DNA of 64,000 nucleotides from Lama guanicoe (Eukaryota), in NCBI GenBank assembly GCA_013239625.1, contig MU053881.1, positions 1,984,001 through 2,048,000 of the forward strand. The letters are read 5' to 3'. Positions 14,520-27,213 of the stretch are shown here, piece after piece (positions within the stretch are counted from its first letter, which is position 1; every line of letters starts with the position of its first letter). Under the pieces are notes generated by a model. It saw only the letters and a list, made by a program, of their open reading frames with translations, ran no database searches and was not told where the DNA came from. The translations under genes and the position numbers were made by a program.

Positions 14520-17500
14520 CTGGGGGTGGCCACAGAGTCAAGAGGCCAATGGGTGCAGACCCACCTATGCTAGCCCCCCATAGTCCCGTTCTCCTTACTG
14601 TGGCCACAGCCTCCCTGACCCCGCCACCAACAACCCCTCCTACCCCCTATCCAGCCTTTCTGGTGCCCCCAACCCCAATGGACCCTGTTCCAGCCCCAGT
14701 GACATCCAAGCCTCTGCCTCAGCTCAAGCTTCTCCGATGCCACCCACCCTCGCTGGTCCCCAACCCCTCTGGTCCCTAGTCCCCATCATCCCCAACGTAC
14801 CTTCAATGTCACAAGTCTGCCGCTTCCCAGTGATACTACTAGGCGCCTGGGCCAGCGAGTTCAGGGGTAGTGAAGGGTGGTCGGCGGCCTTGTCCTGGAT
14901 TCTAGGCTGGCCACCCTGCGAGAACATAGAGTCAGAGCCACAACGGGGAGGGGAGGCACAGCGGGCAGAAGAGGGCGCCCCGCCTCTGGCTCACCTGGCT
15001 GCGGCAAGGGGATGTGTCGCCAGCTTCGGGAATCTTCACACCTGCGGCAGAGAGCGCCACCGTTCATGATTGCCTCCCCCTGAGCTCCCCTTCCCCTGGG
15101 GTCAGGGCAGACCTGGGGGACCAAGCCCCGGGGCCAACGTCCCCTACCTGGGAGAGTGTCCAAAACCAGTCTCTGGGCGGCCACCGAGCTCACTAGCTTC
15201 CCCAGATCCAGCGGCTGCTTCTCTCCTGGCTGCGGGGACAGGTCAGCAGGCCGTGGGACAGGCAGCCCCCCAGCCCCGGCCGCCCCGCCCCGCCCCTGCC
15301 CCGCGGCCCCGCATCTCACCCGGTGCAGGGCCACCTGTTGTGGGCTCAGGCCGTGCTTCGCCAGGATGGGCTGCAGGGCCTCCTGCAGCTGCTTGGTGGG
15401 CTTGGCGGAGATCCGCACCACGCGCTCCAGCGCCGCCAGCTCGAGCCTGTACGGGACCCTAACGCTGCACAAGGGCGGAGCGCCGGCCCCTCCGCTCCCC
15501 AACCCACCTGGGACAGGCCCAAGAGGGGGTGGAGCCTGAACGGGGTAGGTGGGGGCGGCTTGGGGGCGGGGTCTTAGCCCAGGGGGCGGGGTTAGCAGAG
15601 CGGCAGGACAGGGAGGGAGAACAGCCCCCTGAACTGGGCCCCAAGCGAGTGCTGAGACCCCGGACCCAAGGCTGGGAGGACAGACACTCACTCGAAGGTG
15701 ATTCTGTTCTCCAGCCGCACTTCCTGGTCCGCCAGCACGGTGCAGTCCTGATCCAGGACCAGGGCCTTCTGCAGACACCAGGCAGGGTCTCAGAATCCCT
15801 TCTCTCCTCCCCACTTCCCCCATCCCCAGGGTCTGAGGGAACCACCATCACTTCTTGCCATGGCTGCCGCTGAGACTCCCTAAGGGTCAGAGGGAAGGGG
15901 TAATGGACCGGTGAGCCATAGAGATGCGGATGGAGTAAAAGATCAGGTTGGATGGAAGCCTGGTATGGCCAAGGCCAGGAAGAAGGGTGGCAAGAATGCT
16001 GGACCGACATGGAAGAGGAACAGAGAGTTATGGGAAACATGGGGGTGAGGTGGGCATGAAATGGTAATGGGGCTGCTTGGGTAAGGGGCAGGCTTAAGTC
16101 CTGAATCATGGGGCCACCTCTTCCTGAGCCAGGTCAGGATCTGCCTCTTGAACAGCAGCTCCTTGTCCCTCAGGCATGTGAAACCCAACCAGGCTAGCTG
16201 GATGAATTTCCTGCCTCTTCACCCACCTTTGGTCAGCCACCCAGGGCTTGCCCCTTTTTTGACACTTGTCCACTTATTTCCATCCCCACCTATAAAGGAC
16301 ACTTCTTGTCTCCTCACCGCAAGAAGGGCTCTCTTCCCTCCTAGACAGCTGTGAGGCCAGAAGGATGTAAAGTATCTGGCACAGTGCCTGGCACACAGTA
16401 GGTGCACAAACATAGCTGTAGTGATTACCGCCCTTGAGGCCCTGCTGGGCGCAGCCGCCCAGGGCTGGGAGGCAGCCTCTCCCAGGCAATAGGCCTGGGC
16501 TGCGCTTCAGGGACAGGTGGAGTGTGGGCGGAAGTTAAAATTAGCAGACATGAAAACCCATCTGGGTTGCCGAGGCTGCCTGGGCAGCCCAAGAAAGTGG
16601 GCAGAGCTCCTCCCACTGCTGCCCTCACACTCCCACGCTCCAGACCCCTGTACATGCCCTGCACTTCTGACCCACCTCTGCCTGGGAGGTCCTTCCCCCA
16701 CAGCTCTGCCAGGCGAACTCCTCCTCATCCCCATCAACTGCTGCCTCTTCCATGAAGCCCTCTGGGACCAACTAGAAATGCCCAGCTTGCCCTAGAAACT
16801 CTCTGGAAGTTCACCTCCTTCTCCCTGATCACATCCTGCCTGGCACACCTCTAGCCTTTGGACCTGGAGGAAAGACCTCAGCGTGGGTGGCTTTGCCCAC
16901 CCACCTGGTAGGGACTTAGAACTGTCTACTGGGCAAATGAAGTCCTGAGGGGTCTCTCTGGGATGCAGTATGCTTCCTTTAGATTCCCCCTTACTGGATG
17001 GTTTAGTTTAAGAGGGTTTTCTCCTAGACTCCTCTTTAAAGCAATGCTAGTTTGTACTCAAAGGAAAGTTTCTCATAGGTTAGGTGCCGTTGGGCAGCCC
17101 TGGTGGCAGAGGAGGTGAGGGCTCCCCCAAATGGCCATTTCAGGGATGGGCAGTCTGAATCCTGGAAATGATGGGGGGAAACCCCAACTCTAACTGTGGT
17201 TTTCCCTGAGTCTACCTCCTAGAGACCATCACAGCAAGGATGATGGATGAAGCTGGAAAATAGGATGGGGATGGGGCCGGGATAGGATTTTAGTGGGATG
17301 AGAGTGGATATCTGAGTTTGAGTGAGGTGTTGGTGCTGGGTTGCTTCGGAGTTGGGTGGGGGCTGAAGTTAGGAAGGGGGTGAGAATAGGGGATGCGGTT
17401 GGAATTAGGAATGAAATTGGGGTTGGGTCATGGCTGAGCAGACTCAGGAATGGGATTGGGGTCAGGATTAGGATCAGGAAAAGAGTGAGAGTTGGGGACC

Positions 17501-20500
17501 AGGCCAGGTTCATACCTGTTCATTGCCCACCAGGTAGACCTTGATGTCAGGCAGAGAGAGGCCTCGTTTCTCACAGATGCCTGCCAGCATGCCGCGGATA
17601 GTGAGGCCAGGTCGGGCCAGGGCCAAGGAGGCTGTGCCATCAGGCAGGTATACGCAGCAGTACTTCCCTGGCCGGCTTTCGCTCTCACCTTCTGAGCTCC
17701 CAAGACTCTTCCGGTGGCTCTGATTCAGAGCAGGTGTTGGGGAAGGTGATGTGTACACAAGCAAGGATACACAGACAGGTAAGCTGACTGAGGCACACAC
17801 ACACGCATACACATGCCCAAGAGCACACCTGTAGGCAGGCAAGACATGTCCTCCTACAGGTATACATGTATGCTAACCCAAAGTATGGGCACCCAGAGAC
17901 AGGTCCACCCACTGACTGCTACATATCTGGGCACCCACTCGTGCACACACATCGGCTGAAGAGGATGTGCACCCATGACATGCATGGCCTAGTGTGGTAA
18001 GGACAGGAGAAAGTAAGGAGGCTGAAGGTCTGGCCTTGTGGGTCAAGCTGGGAGATGAAGTGGGGCCAGCGACTGGGAATGACAGCGGCCACACAAAGGG
18101 GCCTGAGTGGTGGCCCCAGCCCACACCTCGTCTTCCCCCAGCAGTTGGCTCACCTCAGATTTGCTGCTAGCAAAGGCAAGGAAGCCGAGGTCCAGACTGG
18201 CCGAGGAGTTGAGGGAGCCCTGGGACTCCCGGCGCAAGGAGTTTGCCGCGCTGCCTCCTAGTTCTAAGGGAGAGGGAGAATGAGAAGACAGGCCCCCTTC
18301 CTCCACGCCCCTGCTGAGAACTGTCTCCAGCAGGGCGCAAGTAGCTGGAGCCCTCCTGCGGGGGGTCTCACGCGGCTAGGGTTCCTGGAAGCTTCGCTAC
18401 TGAAGGGGCTTCTCAAACTTCTGGGGTCTCGCGTGGGAACGGAACCACCGGGGGAACGTGGGGGTCACAGTCATCTGCATTTCGATTTTCATAGACTTAC
18501 GGGCTGCAGGACCGGTGTTCTCAGACCTTGCCCAAACTCCCGCCCCCACTCATCTCTGCGACCGGCTCCTGTCCTCACCCCTACGGAAGGACTTGCGGAG
18601 CGGGCGGCCCCCAGGGCCCTCAGCAGGCGGCAGCTGCCCCAACTCCTCCACGCCCAGCGGCAGCGACTTTCCGGGCTTCAGCTTCGGCTTCTGCAAGATA
18701 CAGGGAAGGCACTGGCACTGGGCCGGGCCCCAGCCCGCAGGCTGACCGTGGGCACAGCCCCGCGGATCTGCACCCGGCCGCCTGCCCCCCACAGCCCCTG
18801 GTCCGCACCTTCCTGGTGGCGTCAGGGCTGCCGAGGCGCGCGGAGCCGGGTTCCCGCAGTGGGCGACCCTCGGCCTCCGCCAGGAGGCACTCGCGGTACA
18901 GCGGGGATTTGACGAAGCGCGCATAGCTGTCGAACTTCATCAAGTTGAAGATCTGCGGAACCCGCGCCGAGGCGGTGAGCAAGAGAGGGCGCTCTGCCCG
19001 CCGCCCGAGTCCCAGGACCAGCTCTCGGGGCTGGGTTTGGCGGGGTCCCCAACCTAAGGAACAAGTCCCTAGCCCCTCCCACCCACCCCCTTGCTCCAGT
19101 CCCCGCCCTTTTTCTTGGCCCCGCCCCTAACCCTCCCTTCACCGCCGCCTTTGGTCCATCACCCTCTGACCCGCACCCTTTCCCGTGAAGTTAGCAGGGT
19201 CTCATCATCCAGATTTGCTCTCTTCCTCCCCACCCTACCCACGCCGCCCCGGCCGCTCCGGCCCCGCCCCTGGATCTGGCCCCGCCTCTGCTCCATCGCT
19301 CTCCCTCCCGAGGCCACGCCCCTCACCCAGGCCACGCCCCCTGGGGCCGCTCACCTGAAGCTGCTGTTCGCGGAACATGTCCGGTCGAGGCTCCGCCAGC
19401 ACCTCCTCGCCGAGCCAGGCTTGCCGGTCGATATTTACTGGGCTCAGCGCCTGGCTGGACAGGAACTCCTGGTAGATGTTGCGGGCCTCCTGAGCTAACT
19501 AGGGTAGGAGGGGCAGGAGAAGGTCAGGGTAATGGCTCAGGCCCTGCTTCCACCTCTCTGCCTCAGCTCACCCTTCTCCTCACCTGCTGGGTGTTGCTGG
19601 CTGGGATCTGCTGGAAGCGCTCGCAGGCCTTCCAGAAAGTCACGTTCTCCGCACTGAACTCCTTCTTCAGGAACTCCTGGAGGTAGGGGAAAGGAGGGGG
19701 CAGTCAGAGACAGACACCCTGTCAGGGGATGTGGTCAAAGAGATTGATATAGAGGCAGGTCCCAGAGGCCAAGCCAGACAGATAGGGCCAGACAGACAGA
19801 TGGGGTCAGATCCGGAGGCACAGAGAGGAAATAAGAGGCAGAGAGGAAACTTCCCAGCTGGGAAAAGAGCAGGAGAGTGCCAAAGAAAGGCTGGATGAGG
19901 CAGCTGACAGGAGTCAGCCTGAGGCTCCATCCATGCCCTCTCCCCTGCCCCCCACCCTCCCCCCCCACTGGTGACCACTGCCAGCCGCCCTCCCCATCCC
20001 ACCCCAGGGCTTACAGTGAAGTAAGCCAGGCCCAGCGGGTCCTGCAGCAGCCGCTCGAAGGACAGGCCCCAACTGGCCACAGGCTGCTCCTCGGAGGGGA
20101 AGGGGCTGCTGGGGCCACTGGGGAGACTGTGGATGCTGAGGGAGCTGCCTCGGCCCTCGCCCTGGCCCTGGGGCCCCGCCGTGCTGCTCAGCTCTGCGAG
20201 GGGATGGACAAGTGCAGGTGAGCCTTGTGGCCTTCCCCAGCCCCTGGTCCAACCCCATCTGCCGGTACTTTCCCTGTAAAGACAGCAAGTGGCAGGGGTA
20301 TCCCCACCCTCTTTCCCTTTACACCCCCTCAGCCCCCACCCCCACCCACAGCCAGGCTTCCTTCACACCCTCTGTCACTTACCTCCATCCGAGACGGCCA
20401 GAACCTACAAGAAACCCAAGGTAGGAAGTCAGAGTAGAACTCAGGGTGGATTCTCAAGAGACAGTTCTAGGCTCAGTCCCCAGGACTGGAGCTGTGTTCT

Positions 20501-23500
20501 CTCCTGCCTGGAGGGCCATGCTGGACGTTCTCAGCCAGGTCACTGCTAGCTTAGGGTTTTGCTCAGGCTGCCCCTGGCTCCCTTCCATCATGTGCCAACC
20601 GATGTGTGCTGGGACTTATGCCAGGGACCCTGCAGTCACCGCCTGTTTGACCCCCAGCATCCACTGGCTGAGCCTGGGGGTAGAGCATGCTGGGTAGGAG
20701 CACCAGCTTTTGAACTTGTCTCTGCCACTTACTAGCTGTGTGACTCTGGGCAAGTTACTTGTCTCCATCTGTAAACAAGGGATGGGGATAATAATAGTAA
20801 CTTACTTCCTGGGCCTGCTGTGAGGATCAAATCAGTTTAATCTATTTGCAGCATCTAAAACAGGGGCCAGCATGTGGTAATTGCTGTATCAGTGTTTGCT
20901 GTTGTCTTTGAGGAAAGGAGAATGTGCCTCTGTAGCTGAGGATCTCCTCATTGCAACTGTTTCCTCTTGGAAACACCCCACCTTGGGCAGGGCATAGGGT
21001 GCTGTATTTTAGCGGAGAGCAGCTGTTCTCAAACTTTAGTGTGCATTAGAATGACAGGGGTGGAGGGCAGCACCTCCAGAGAGTCAGGTTCAGGGGGTCC
21101 AGGATGGAGCCTGAGACCCTCCATTTCTAACAAGCCCCCAGGCAATGCTGATGCTGTTGGTTACGGACCACACTGTCAATCCGATCCTCCCTGCTCCCCC
21201 ACCCCAGCCCTGCCAGCCCCACGCACAGCTCCGACTTCTCTGGGAATCCCAACCATTAGTGAAACGGAAAAACCCTCCTTTCAAAATGACTCTTGCAGTG
21301 GTTTCCCTTGGGCTTCCTACCTTCCTAGCAGCTCCTCCAGCTTCCTCACCATCTCCTACACACACGAGGCAGCCGCCACCCCTCCCTGACTCTGTCCTGG
21401 GCCCTTTCTCCCTCCCACATCTCCCCAGCTTCAAACACACATAGCTGACTTCCTGCTGACATCTCCACCCCAATGTCCCACAAGCCCTTCCAGCTCAGCC
21501 AGTCCCACATGGAAGCCACCTCTGCCACCACCAAAGCAAGGCACTGAACCAGCTTCCCTGCCATCGGTTTTCTTCCCATCGCCTGGGCTCCCAACACCAG
21601 GGCTTGACTCAGCCCCAATTCCTCCCTCCCTCTCACCTCCTACATTTTCACGAGGCCCTTCCACCACCTGTTCCTTCATCCCATCCCCACTGGAATCAGG
21701 TCTGCAACTCTCCTCCCCAGAAAGCCTCTCCCTCCCTCTCTGTTCCCCAGTCCCACCTGGGAGCAGCTGGATCACACATCTGTGGGCCAGAGCTGGCCTG
21801 CCAATAGGTGAGACATTATTAATATCAGAATGGGTTTTTTTTTTAAACTTTCAAGGGGTTTCCCACATTTAAAAGTCAGGAGTTTTACATGAAACCTCAG
21901 CTTTCGGCCACAGCTACCCTAAGCTTCTTCCCAGTGGGGCAACCTTGGCTGGCACCGAGCAGCAACTGCTTCCCCTAGAAGGGACTCATGCTCTCCTCAG
22001 AGGTCTCTGGGGCCAATTTGATGCATTTTTGTTATATATGGAAAGCAGGTCAAAATTGTGCTGTGTGACTTTGGACAGGATACTTCACCTCTCTGTGCTT
22101 CACTTTCTCCTTCTATACAAATGAGGAAAATAATGGTCCTGACTTTACAGGGTTGCTGTGATTAAATAAGTCAGATACATGTAGAGAGAGAACTCAGAGC
22201 ACTAGCTGGCCTGTGATAAATAATCAAGGACCATTCCCATTATTATTGCTGTTGTTGCATTAGCATTGGTGTCTGACCCTGCTCCAGCTTTCAGCTTTGC
22301 CGAGCCCTGCCATAGAGGGAAGAGCACAGGTATCAGGTCTATCAGACCCAGATTCAAATCCTAGCCCTGCCCTTTTCTGGTTTTACAAACTTGGGCCCCT
22401 CCCAGAGCCTCTCCAAGCTGGAGCGTGGGGATAAGTCCTTGCTGTGGAGCAGGGAAAGCTTGTGCAGAGGGTGGCTGGGCGTGGAATCGTCAGCCCAGCC
22501 CTTGCCCTCCTGCCTCTGCACTCGCCCATCTGATTCCTTCATCCAAGACATCTCCCGAGGCTGCAGAACAAAGTCCTAACTCCTGGGGTGTGTGATGGGG
22601 ACAAGTTGAAGCTCAAGGTCCTTTCCAGCTGCTCTTTGCCTTCCTGGCATCTCCCCTCTTGCCCCCACCTGCCTGCCCCACGTTCTTCTTCCCCACGCTG
22701 CTCTGGGGCTGTTCCCAGCCTCAGAAGTCACCACCCACTGCCCTCTGCCCAGGTCTCTGGGAACCATCCTGAGTTACCCCCCCTGCCCTCCTGCCCTCTC
22801 CTGCTGCTAGGTGGCTACCTGGCCCTCCCTCCTCTCACACCCACCGGCCTCTCTCTAGTCCCCCTTTATCTTTGGGACTCAGCCTCTCTCTTGCTCAGAG
22901 CTCTCCATGGCCCCCCACTTCCCCCAGGGGGACGAGGGAGGTGCGCACGGGCAGGCCCAGACCCCAGAGAGGGCAGAGGGCCCTGGGCTGGCTTTTACTC
23001 CTCTTTGGTTTTATTGTTTCCATCATGTTGAATGCATTGTGTCTTTAGGTGGGACTGGCCCCCAGGCCCTCTGCGGGCCCCACTCCCGGCTCTGGGAGGC
23101 AGAGCAGTTGCTGGGTTACAGCGGCTCTGCCTGGGCCTGACTAATGAACCCCTTCAAGCCTCCCCTGTTGCCCTCCCCCTCACCTCCATCCTACCCTCCA
23201 GCAAGCTTCTATTTCCCCCCACCCCTTCACACTCTTGCTTCCTGCTTTGCTGAGCCTGGGATCTGCTCCTGTTCCCTGCACCCTGCCACTCTCCAATCCC
23301 TGCCCACTGACATCAGTCATCCCCAGACACCAGCCGCCCCGAATCCCCCTGCCCACCACACTTCTGCCCACCCATGTCTGGGCCTCTATCCTGCCAGCAT
23401 GGCAGCTCCTGGAGGGCAGGCCTGTACTGGGGGAGGGAACCAGCCCAAACTCCCTTGTTACCCTGCACCTCTTTGCCCAGGTACTCCCAAGCAGCCTTGA

Positions 23501-26500
23501 GGGCCAGGCAGCCCTCCTCTGCCCTGGCAGGAGGCACTGGCACTCCTTTCGCCAGGGATGCTCTGCCTCTGAACGCCCATCTCTGTGGCCCACCATTCTT
23601 CCAAGGCCCCTCTTGTCTCACTAGCTGTTAACCTATAGAGCTGGGGCTAAGACAGGATGGAGATCCAGAGGCGGGACGGAGAAGGGATGGGGCCCAGTTC
23701 CAGATCCATGATTCCAGGGCAAGTAACTTCCCTTCTCTGGGCCTCAGTGTCCCCCTGGGTAGCATGGGGCTCAGCACTCCCAACCTCCTGGGGCTGCTGG
23801 GAAGGATGAGCGAGGCCCCAGTTGTGAAGGCGGAGAGTGGGCTCCGATCTGCCAGGCTCCCGAGTCTGGGGAAGTAATGCTGAGTGGCGCTGGCCTTGCC
23901 CCATCTCAGCCTGGCCTGCCCGAGGAGAAGTGGTGAGTGGATGGGAGAAAAGGGGAAGAAAGGATGAGGAAGGGTGTGGTGCTAGTGGCACCCCCGGCCC
24001 ATCGTCCTGCCTCAGTTTGCCAGACTTTTTTCTTTGAAAATGGGTCCTGGGGGTACTGCAGGTATTTGAGAATACTAAGGTGAGGGAGGCCCGACATTTC
24101 CTGAGCTCCGATTGTGTGACAGGTGCTCTCTGACAGTGACAGCACGCATCCGTGTTCTCCCAACATCCTCACATCCTCATCCTGTGTGGCAGGTATTGTT
24201 ACTTCCGTTTTATAGATAGGGAAGCCTCGGCCCGGAGAAATCACACAGCTGAGATGTGGCTGAGCTGAAATTAGGGCTGAAGTGTGCCTGACTCGAGCCT
24301 GAGGTCTCCCTTCCACTGAGCTGCCTCCCTGGGGAAACAGGAGACGTACCAGGGAGTGGGGAGGCCCAGGGCCTCAGCCCTTGGGGCAGAGATGGGTAAG
24401 GTGGGTCAGGGGTGGAGGGCCCAGGGGCCCCTGGATGAACTCTGCCCTCTGGAGGGGTCAGACCTCGAGGAAGGGCTGATTTACTGAGCATCTTCTGGGC
24501 TGAGCCCTCTATACCATCATCTCATTTCCTCCTAGACTGGGGAGACTGAGGCCCTGAGTTCTCTCTAAGTAAACCCACAGAGAGCCCTGGCTGCCCGGCC
24601 CTTCAGCCTGAGTCAGCTCTGTGTAACTGACTCCCAACACCAAGCTGGACTCCAGGTACAGTGGGCTCTGCCTTGCAGGCGTCCCCAGGTAGGAAGACTA
24701 GCTGGACCTCAGGAGAGCGATGGTAACCGCCCCTTTCTAGGATTTAGGATCGCCAGCCCTTGGGCCGTGTCCCTGTACACACACTGTTTCCCCATATGCA
24801 GGCCTCTCCCCATGCCATTCCCTCCTCCAGCTGGTACATCCTTTCAGGACATCTCCCGTGCCAACAATGCTCGAAGTGAGTGGAGAGGTTTGTCCTCCCT
24901 CCCAGATCCTCCTCAAGCTTTCTCTGTCCCTGAGCTGCGGCTCTTACCCAAACCGGAGTTTTATGCCGGTATTCGCACCCGTGCATTTTGTGCCTTGCCA
25001 GACTGGGAGCTAGAGTGATGGGCCTGGGTCTTGATGCCTGGGAGGGGGCCAGCACTGAGCAGGTTCTAAGGAGGGGTTGTTGAATGACTGAGTGAGCAAA
25101 CAAATGAAGTAAGTGGCTGTTGGGACTGTGCGAAGGCATCTCTGGAGGGGGCTGGAGCCATCTCTAAGTGACAGGTTTCATCGCAACTGTCTGACAAGCT
25201 GAGTGGCAGAAAGACGAGGCTGACAAATGAAGCTGCCTCAGCAGGGAACGAAGGTGGTGGCGGGTAGAAGGGAGGTGGTGGCGGGTGGGGGTGGCGGCAG
25301 GGGGAGGTGGAGGAGGACAGAGCCAGGCAGTTCTGGGAGGTGGAGAAGCCCTGGCACAGTCAGGTTCAAATGCGGGTCCCTCTCCTTACCAGCTGCCCTC
25401 GGCATGTCATGACTCCTTTGAGCCTCCCTCGGGAGGTAACTCGTGGAAGGAAGCCTACACCTGGCCCACATCTATGCACATCCCCCTCTGTCCTTCCCCC
25501 TCCCCATTCAGCTGAGTGTGGCCTCAGAAAGCTGCACAATGGCCAGCCAGTGGCCAATCTGTGACCCTTGGAATTCCAAGGGCTGGCAGAGTTCAGAACG
25601 GGCCCAGGCAGGTTGCTGAGAGGAATCAGAGTGTCGGTGGCCTTGCAGGGACTCGGGGCAGAGACCGGGCCCCCTCCCTGCTCTGAATGAGTTTTGAGCA
25701 GAGAAGCCACAGGTTGACATGGGAAGGGCAGGGGCTGGGTCTGTCCCCTCAGCTGTCCTGCAGTTCTGGGCACTGCTGAGAAGCATCAACCCAGCGGCCC
25801 GCTTGGGGTGGACGTGAGAGTGGGCGTGCTCCTCCTCGGCCTGGATGCCCAGGGAGGGGTGAGCCAAGTGTCACGCCTCCAGGGCAGGAATGGGAGGCCC
25901 ATGGGTGTTTGCACTTTCAGAGTTAGGTTGATGGCAGAGATAGTGAGGCGGGGGACTGGGCCTGCTGGGAGGGGTTTGCCTGTCTCCCACCCAGCTGGCC
26001 TGGGGCTGGGCACTAAAAAGAAGCTGGAGGAAGAGGTGTGGGGACAGGCCTTGGGGCTTGGGAGGAGGAGTGGGGTTGGGAGTGGCTCAACTTCTGGGTG
26101 AAGCAGAGGATGCTTGAAGAGGGGCTGAGAATGAAGGCGAGGTATTGGGCTGACATTCATGGAGCCCCCACAATGGGTCAGGGGCCATTCATCATTCCAC
26201 TTAATCATCACAACAAGCCTTTGAAATATATTCCAATCTCCTCGTTTTATAGATGAAGAAACTGAGGGTCAGAGAGGACCCTCTTATAAGGGACAACAGA
26301 GCTGAGGTTGGAACCCAGGTCTCTCTAGACCCATTGGCTTGGTCCTAAAGCATTAGGCTGGAGCTGGGTCGGAGACTAGAACACTGTCCAGCCTTCCTGG
26401 GGTCTTTAGGAGGGGCTGGTGTCCTAGGGAGAGAAAAAAAGCCTGGCGCAGCTGCTCTCATCTGCTGGATGAATAAAGACCCTGGACTGTCCAAGGGCAG

Positions 26501-27213
26501 CTCTAACCCGGACACCAAGAAGCCAGAGAGCAGGTTTAGGGGGTGGGGCAGCCGCTGCTAGGGGCACCCTAGTGCCCAGCTCCCCCAACTCTTCCTAGTA
26601 GCCCGGGAATAGAACAGGCAGAAGCTGTACCAACCTGGTCTGTCCCTGCTGACCCATCCCACGCTGCCTAAGGACAGCGAGTTCTGCCAGGAAGCCTCAG
26701 GGTGGGAGTGCAGGTCCAAGAGGAGGGCGGTGACCCAGTAAGGGCTGCCCCTTACCTGGCCTTGGGCATCAGGTCATTGGGTGAAGAGGGGAGGGCCGAA
26801 CTCTGGCCCCCCCTAGGAGTTTCCAGGGGGGCAAAGGGCGTGCCAGATGTCCCTGCTACCCTAGGATGCTGGCACCCCCAGACGGTGCCAAAGTAGCAGG
26901 TAGGAGACGAGTGGGGCCTGGGCCAGAAGCCTGTGCCTGCTCTCCAATGGTCTCACCCTCAGAGTGGCCCCAGGTCCCCAGCAGAGCCATCTGGAAGGTC
27001 CTGGGGTAAGGGCACCAGTTCCCACCACCTGCTGCTGTCTGTCCCCAGCTTCTCCCGCCCGCTGGCAGCATGCAGGCTCTTCCCCAGCCCTGCCGGGTGT
27101 GCCTCTTGGGCTCCACCCTGGGTGTGCCCACCCCCTCCCCACGGGCCTGGCCTGGAGCCCGCACTCACCATGCGTCCGTTGGGGACGCCCAGGTGCTTGG
27201 GCTTCCCTGGCAT
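14317..27213 (-). CDS. RGS14: Regulator of G-protein signalling 14 (RGS domain, tandem Ras-binding domains, GoLoco motif), 567 aa (566 with alternative acceptor)
   Basis: join(27213-27169,20404-20383,20193-20015,19676-19584,19498-19355,18952-18809,18690-18579,18263-18154,17719-17516,15768-15692,15446-15320,15229-15148,15041-14995,14915-14801,14519-14317) = 1704 nt, open frame, all [19 protein letters not shown]...[10 protein letters not shown]...[24 protein letters not shown]...HSAL*. Confidence 0.98.
14801..14915 (-). CDS. RGS14: RGS14 exon 14 (115 nt)
   Basis: GGQPRIQDK...GKRQTCDIE. Confidence 0.94.
14995..15041 (-). CDS. RGS14: RGS14 exon 13 (47 nt)
   Basis: [20 protein letters not shown] bounded, phase fits neighbours. 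Confidence 0.92.
15148..15229 (-). CDS. RGS14: RGS14 exon 12 (82 nt)
   Basis: [27 protein letters not shown]. Confidence 0.95.
15320..15446 (-). CDS. RGS14: RGS14 exon 11 (127 nt)
   Basis: [18 protein letters not shown]...VALHR. Confidence 0.95.
15692..15768 (-). CDS. RGS14: RGS14 exon 10 (77 nt, or 74 nt with the distal NAGNAG acceptor)
   Basis: cag|AAG|GCC...; (K)[24 protein letters not shown]. Confidence 0.93.
17516..17719 (-). CDS. RGS14: RGS14 exon 9 (204 nt, RBD1)
   Basis: SHRKSLG...[14 protein letters not shown]...[21 protein letters not shown]. Confidence 0.96.
18154..18263 (-). CDS. RGS14: RGS14 exon 8 (110 nt)
   Basis: [28 protein letters not shown]...SKSE. Confidence 0.95.
18579..18690 (-). 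CDS. RGS14: RGS14 exon 7 (112 nt)
   Basis: [20 protein letters not shown]...RKSFRR. Confidence 0.95.
18809..18952 (-). CDS. RGS14: RGS14 exon 6 (144 nt)
   Basis: [19 protein letters not shown]...DATRK. Confidence 0.96.
19355..19498 (-). CDS. RGS14: RGS14 exon 5 (144 nt)
   Basis: [24 protein letters not shown]...[10 protein letters not shown]. Confidence 0.95.
19584..19676 (-). CDS. RGS14: RGS14 exon 4 (93 nt)
   Basis: [31 protein letters not shown]. Confidence 0.95.
20015..20193 (-). CDS. RGS14: RGS14 exon 3 (179 nt)
   Basis: [10 protein letters not shown]...[16 protein letters not shown]. Confidence 0.95.
20383..20404 (-). CDS. RGS14: RGS14 exon 2 (22-nt microexon)
   Basis: tgtag|GTTCTGGCCGTCTCGGATGGAG|gtaagt = VLAVSDG. 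Confidence 0.92.
27169..27213 (-). CDS. RGS14: RGS14 exon 1 coding part (45 nt)
   Basis: [21 protein letters not shown]. Confidence 0.95.

Noticed and set aside
13901..14779. 292-aa plus-strand ORF
   Set aside because: Antisense to the RGS14 last exon and 3'UTR; explained by GC bias.
17240..17500. Hydrophobic ORF over GGGATT/GGGGTT repeats in RGS14 intron 9
   Set aside because: Degenerate hexamer low-complexity DNA; neither coding nor a true telomeric array.
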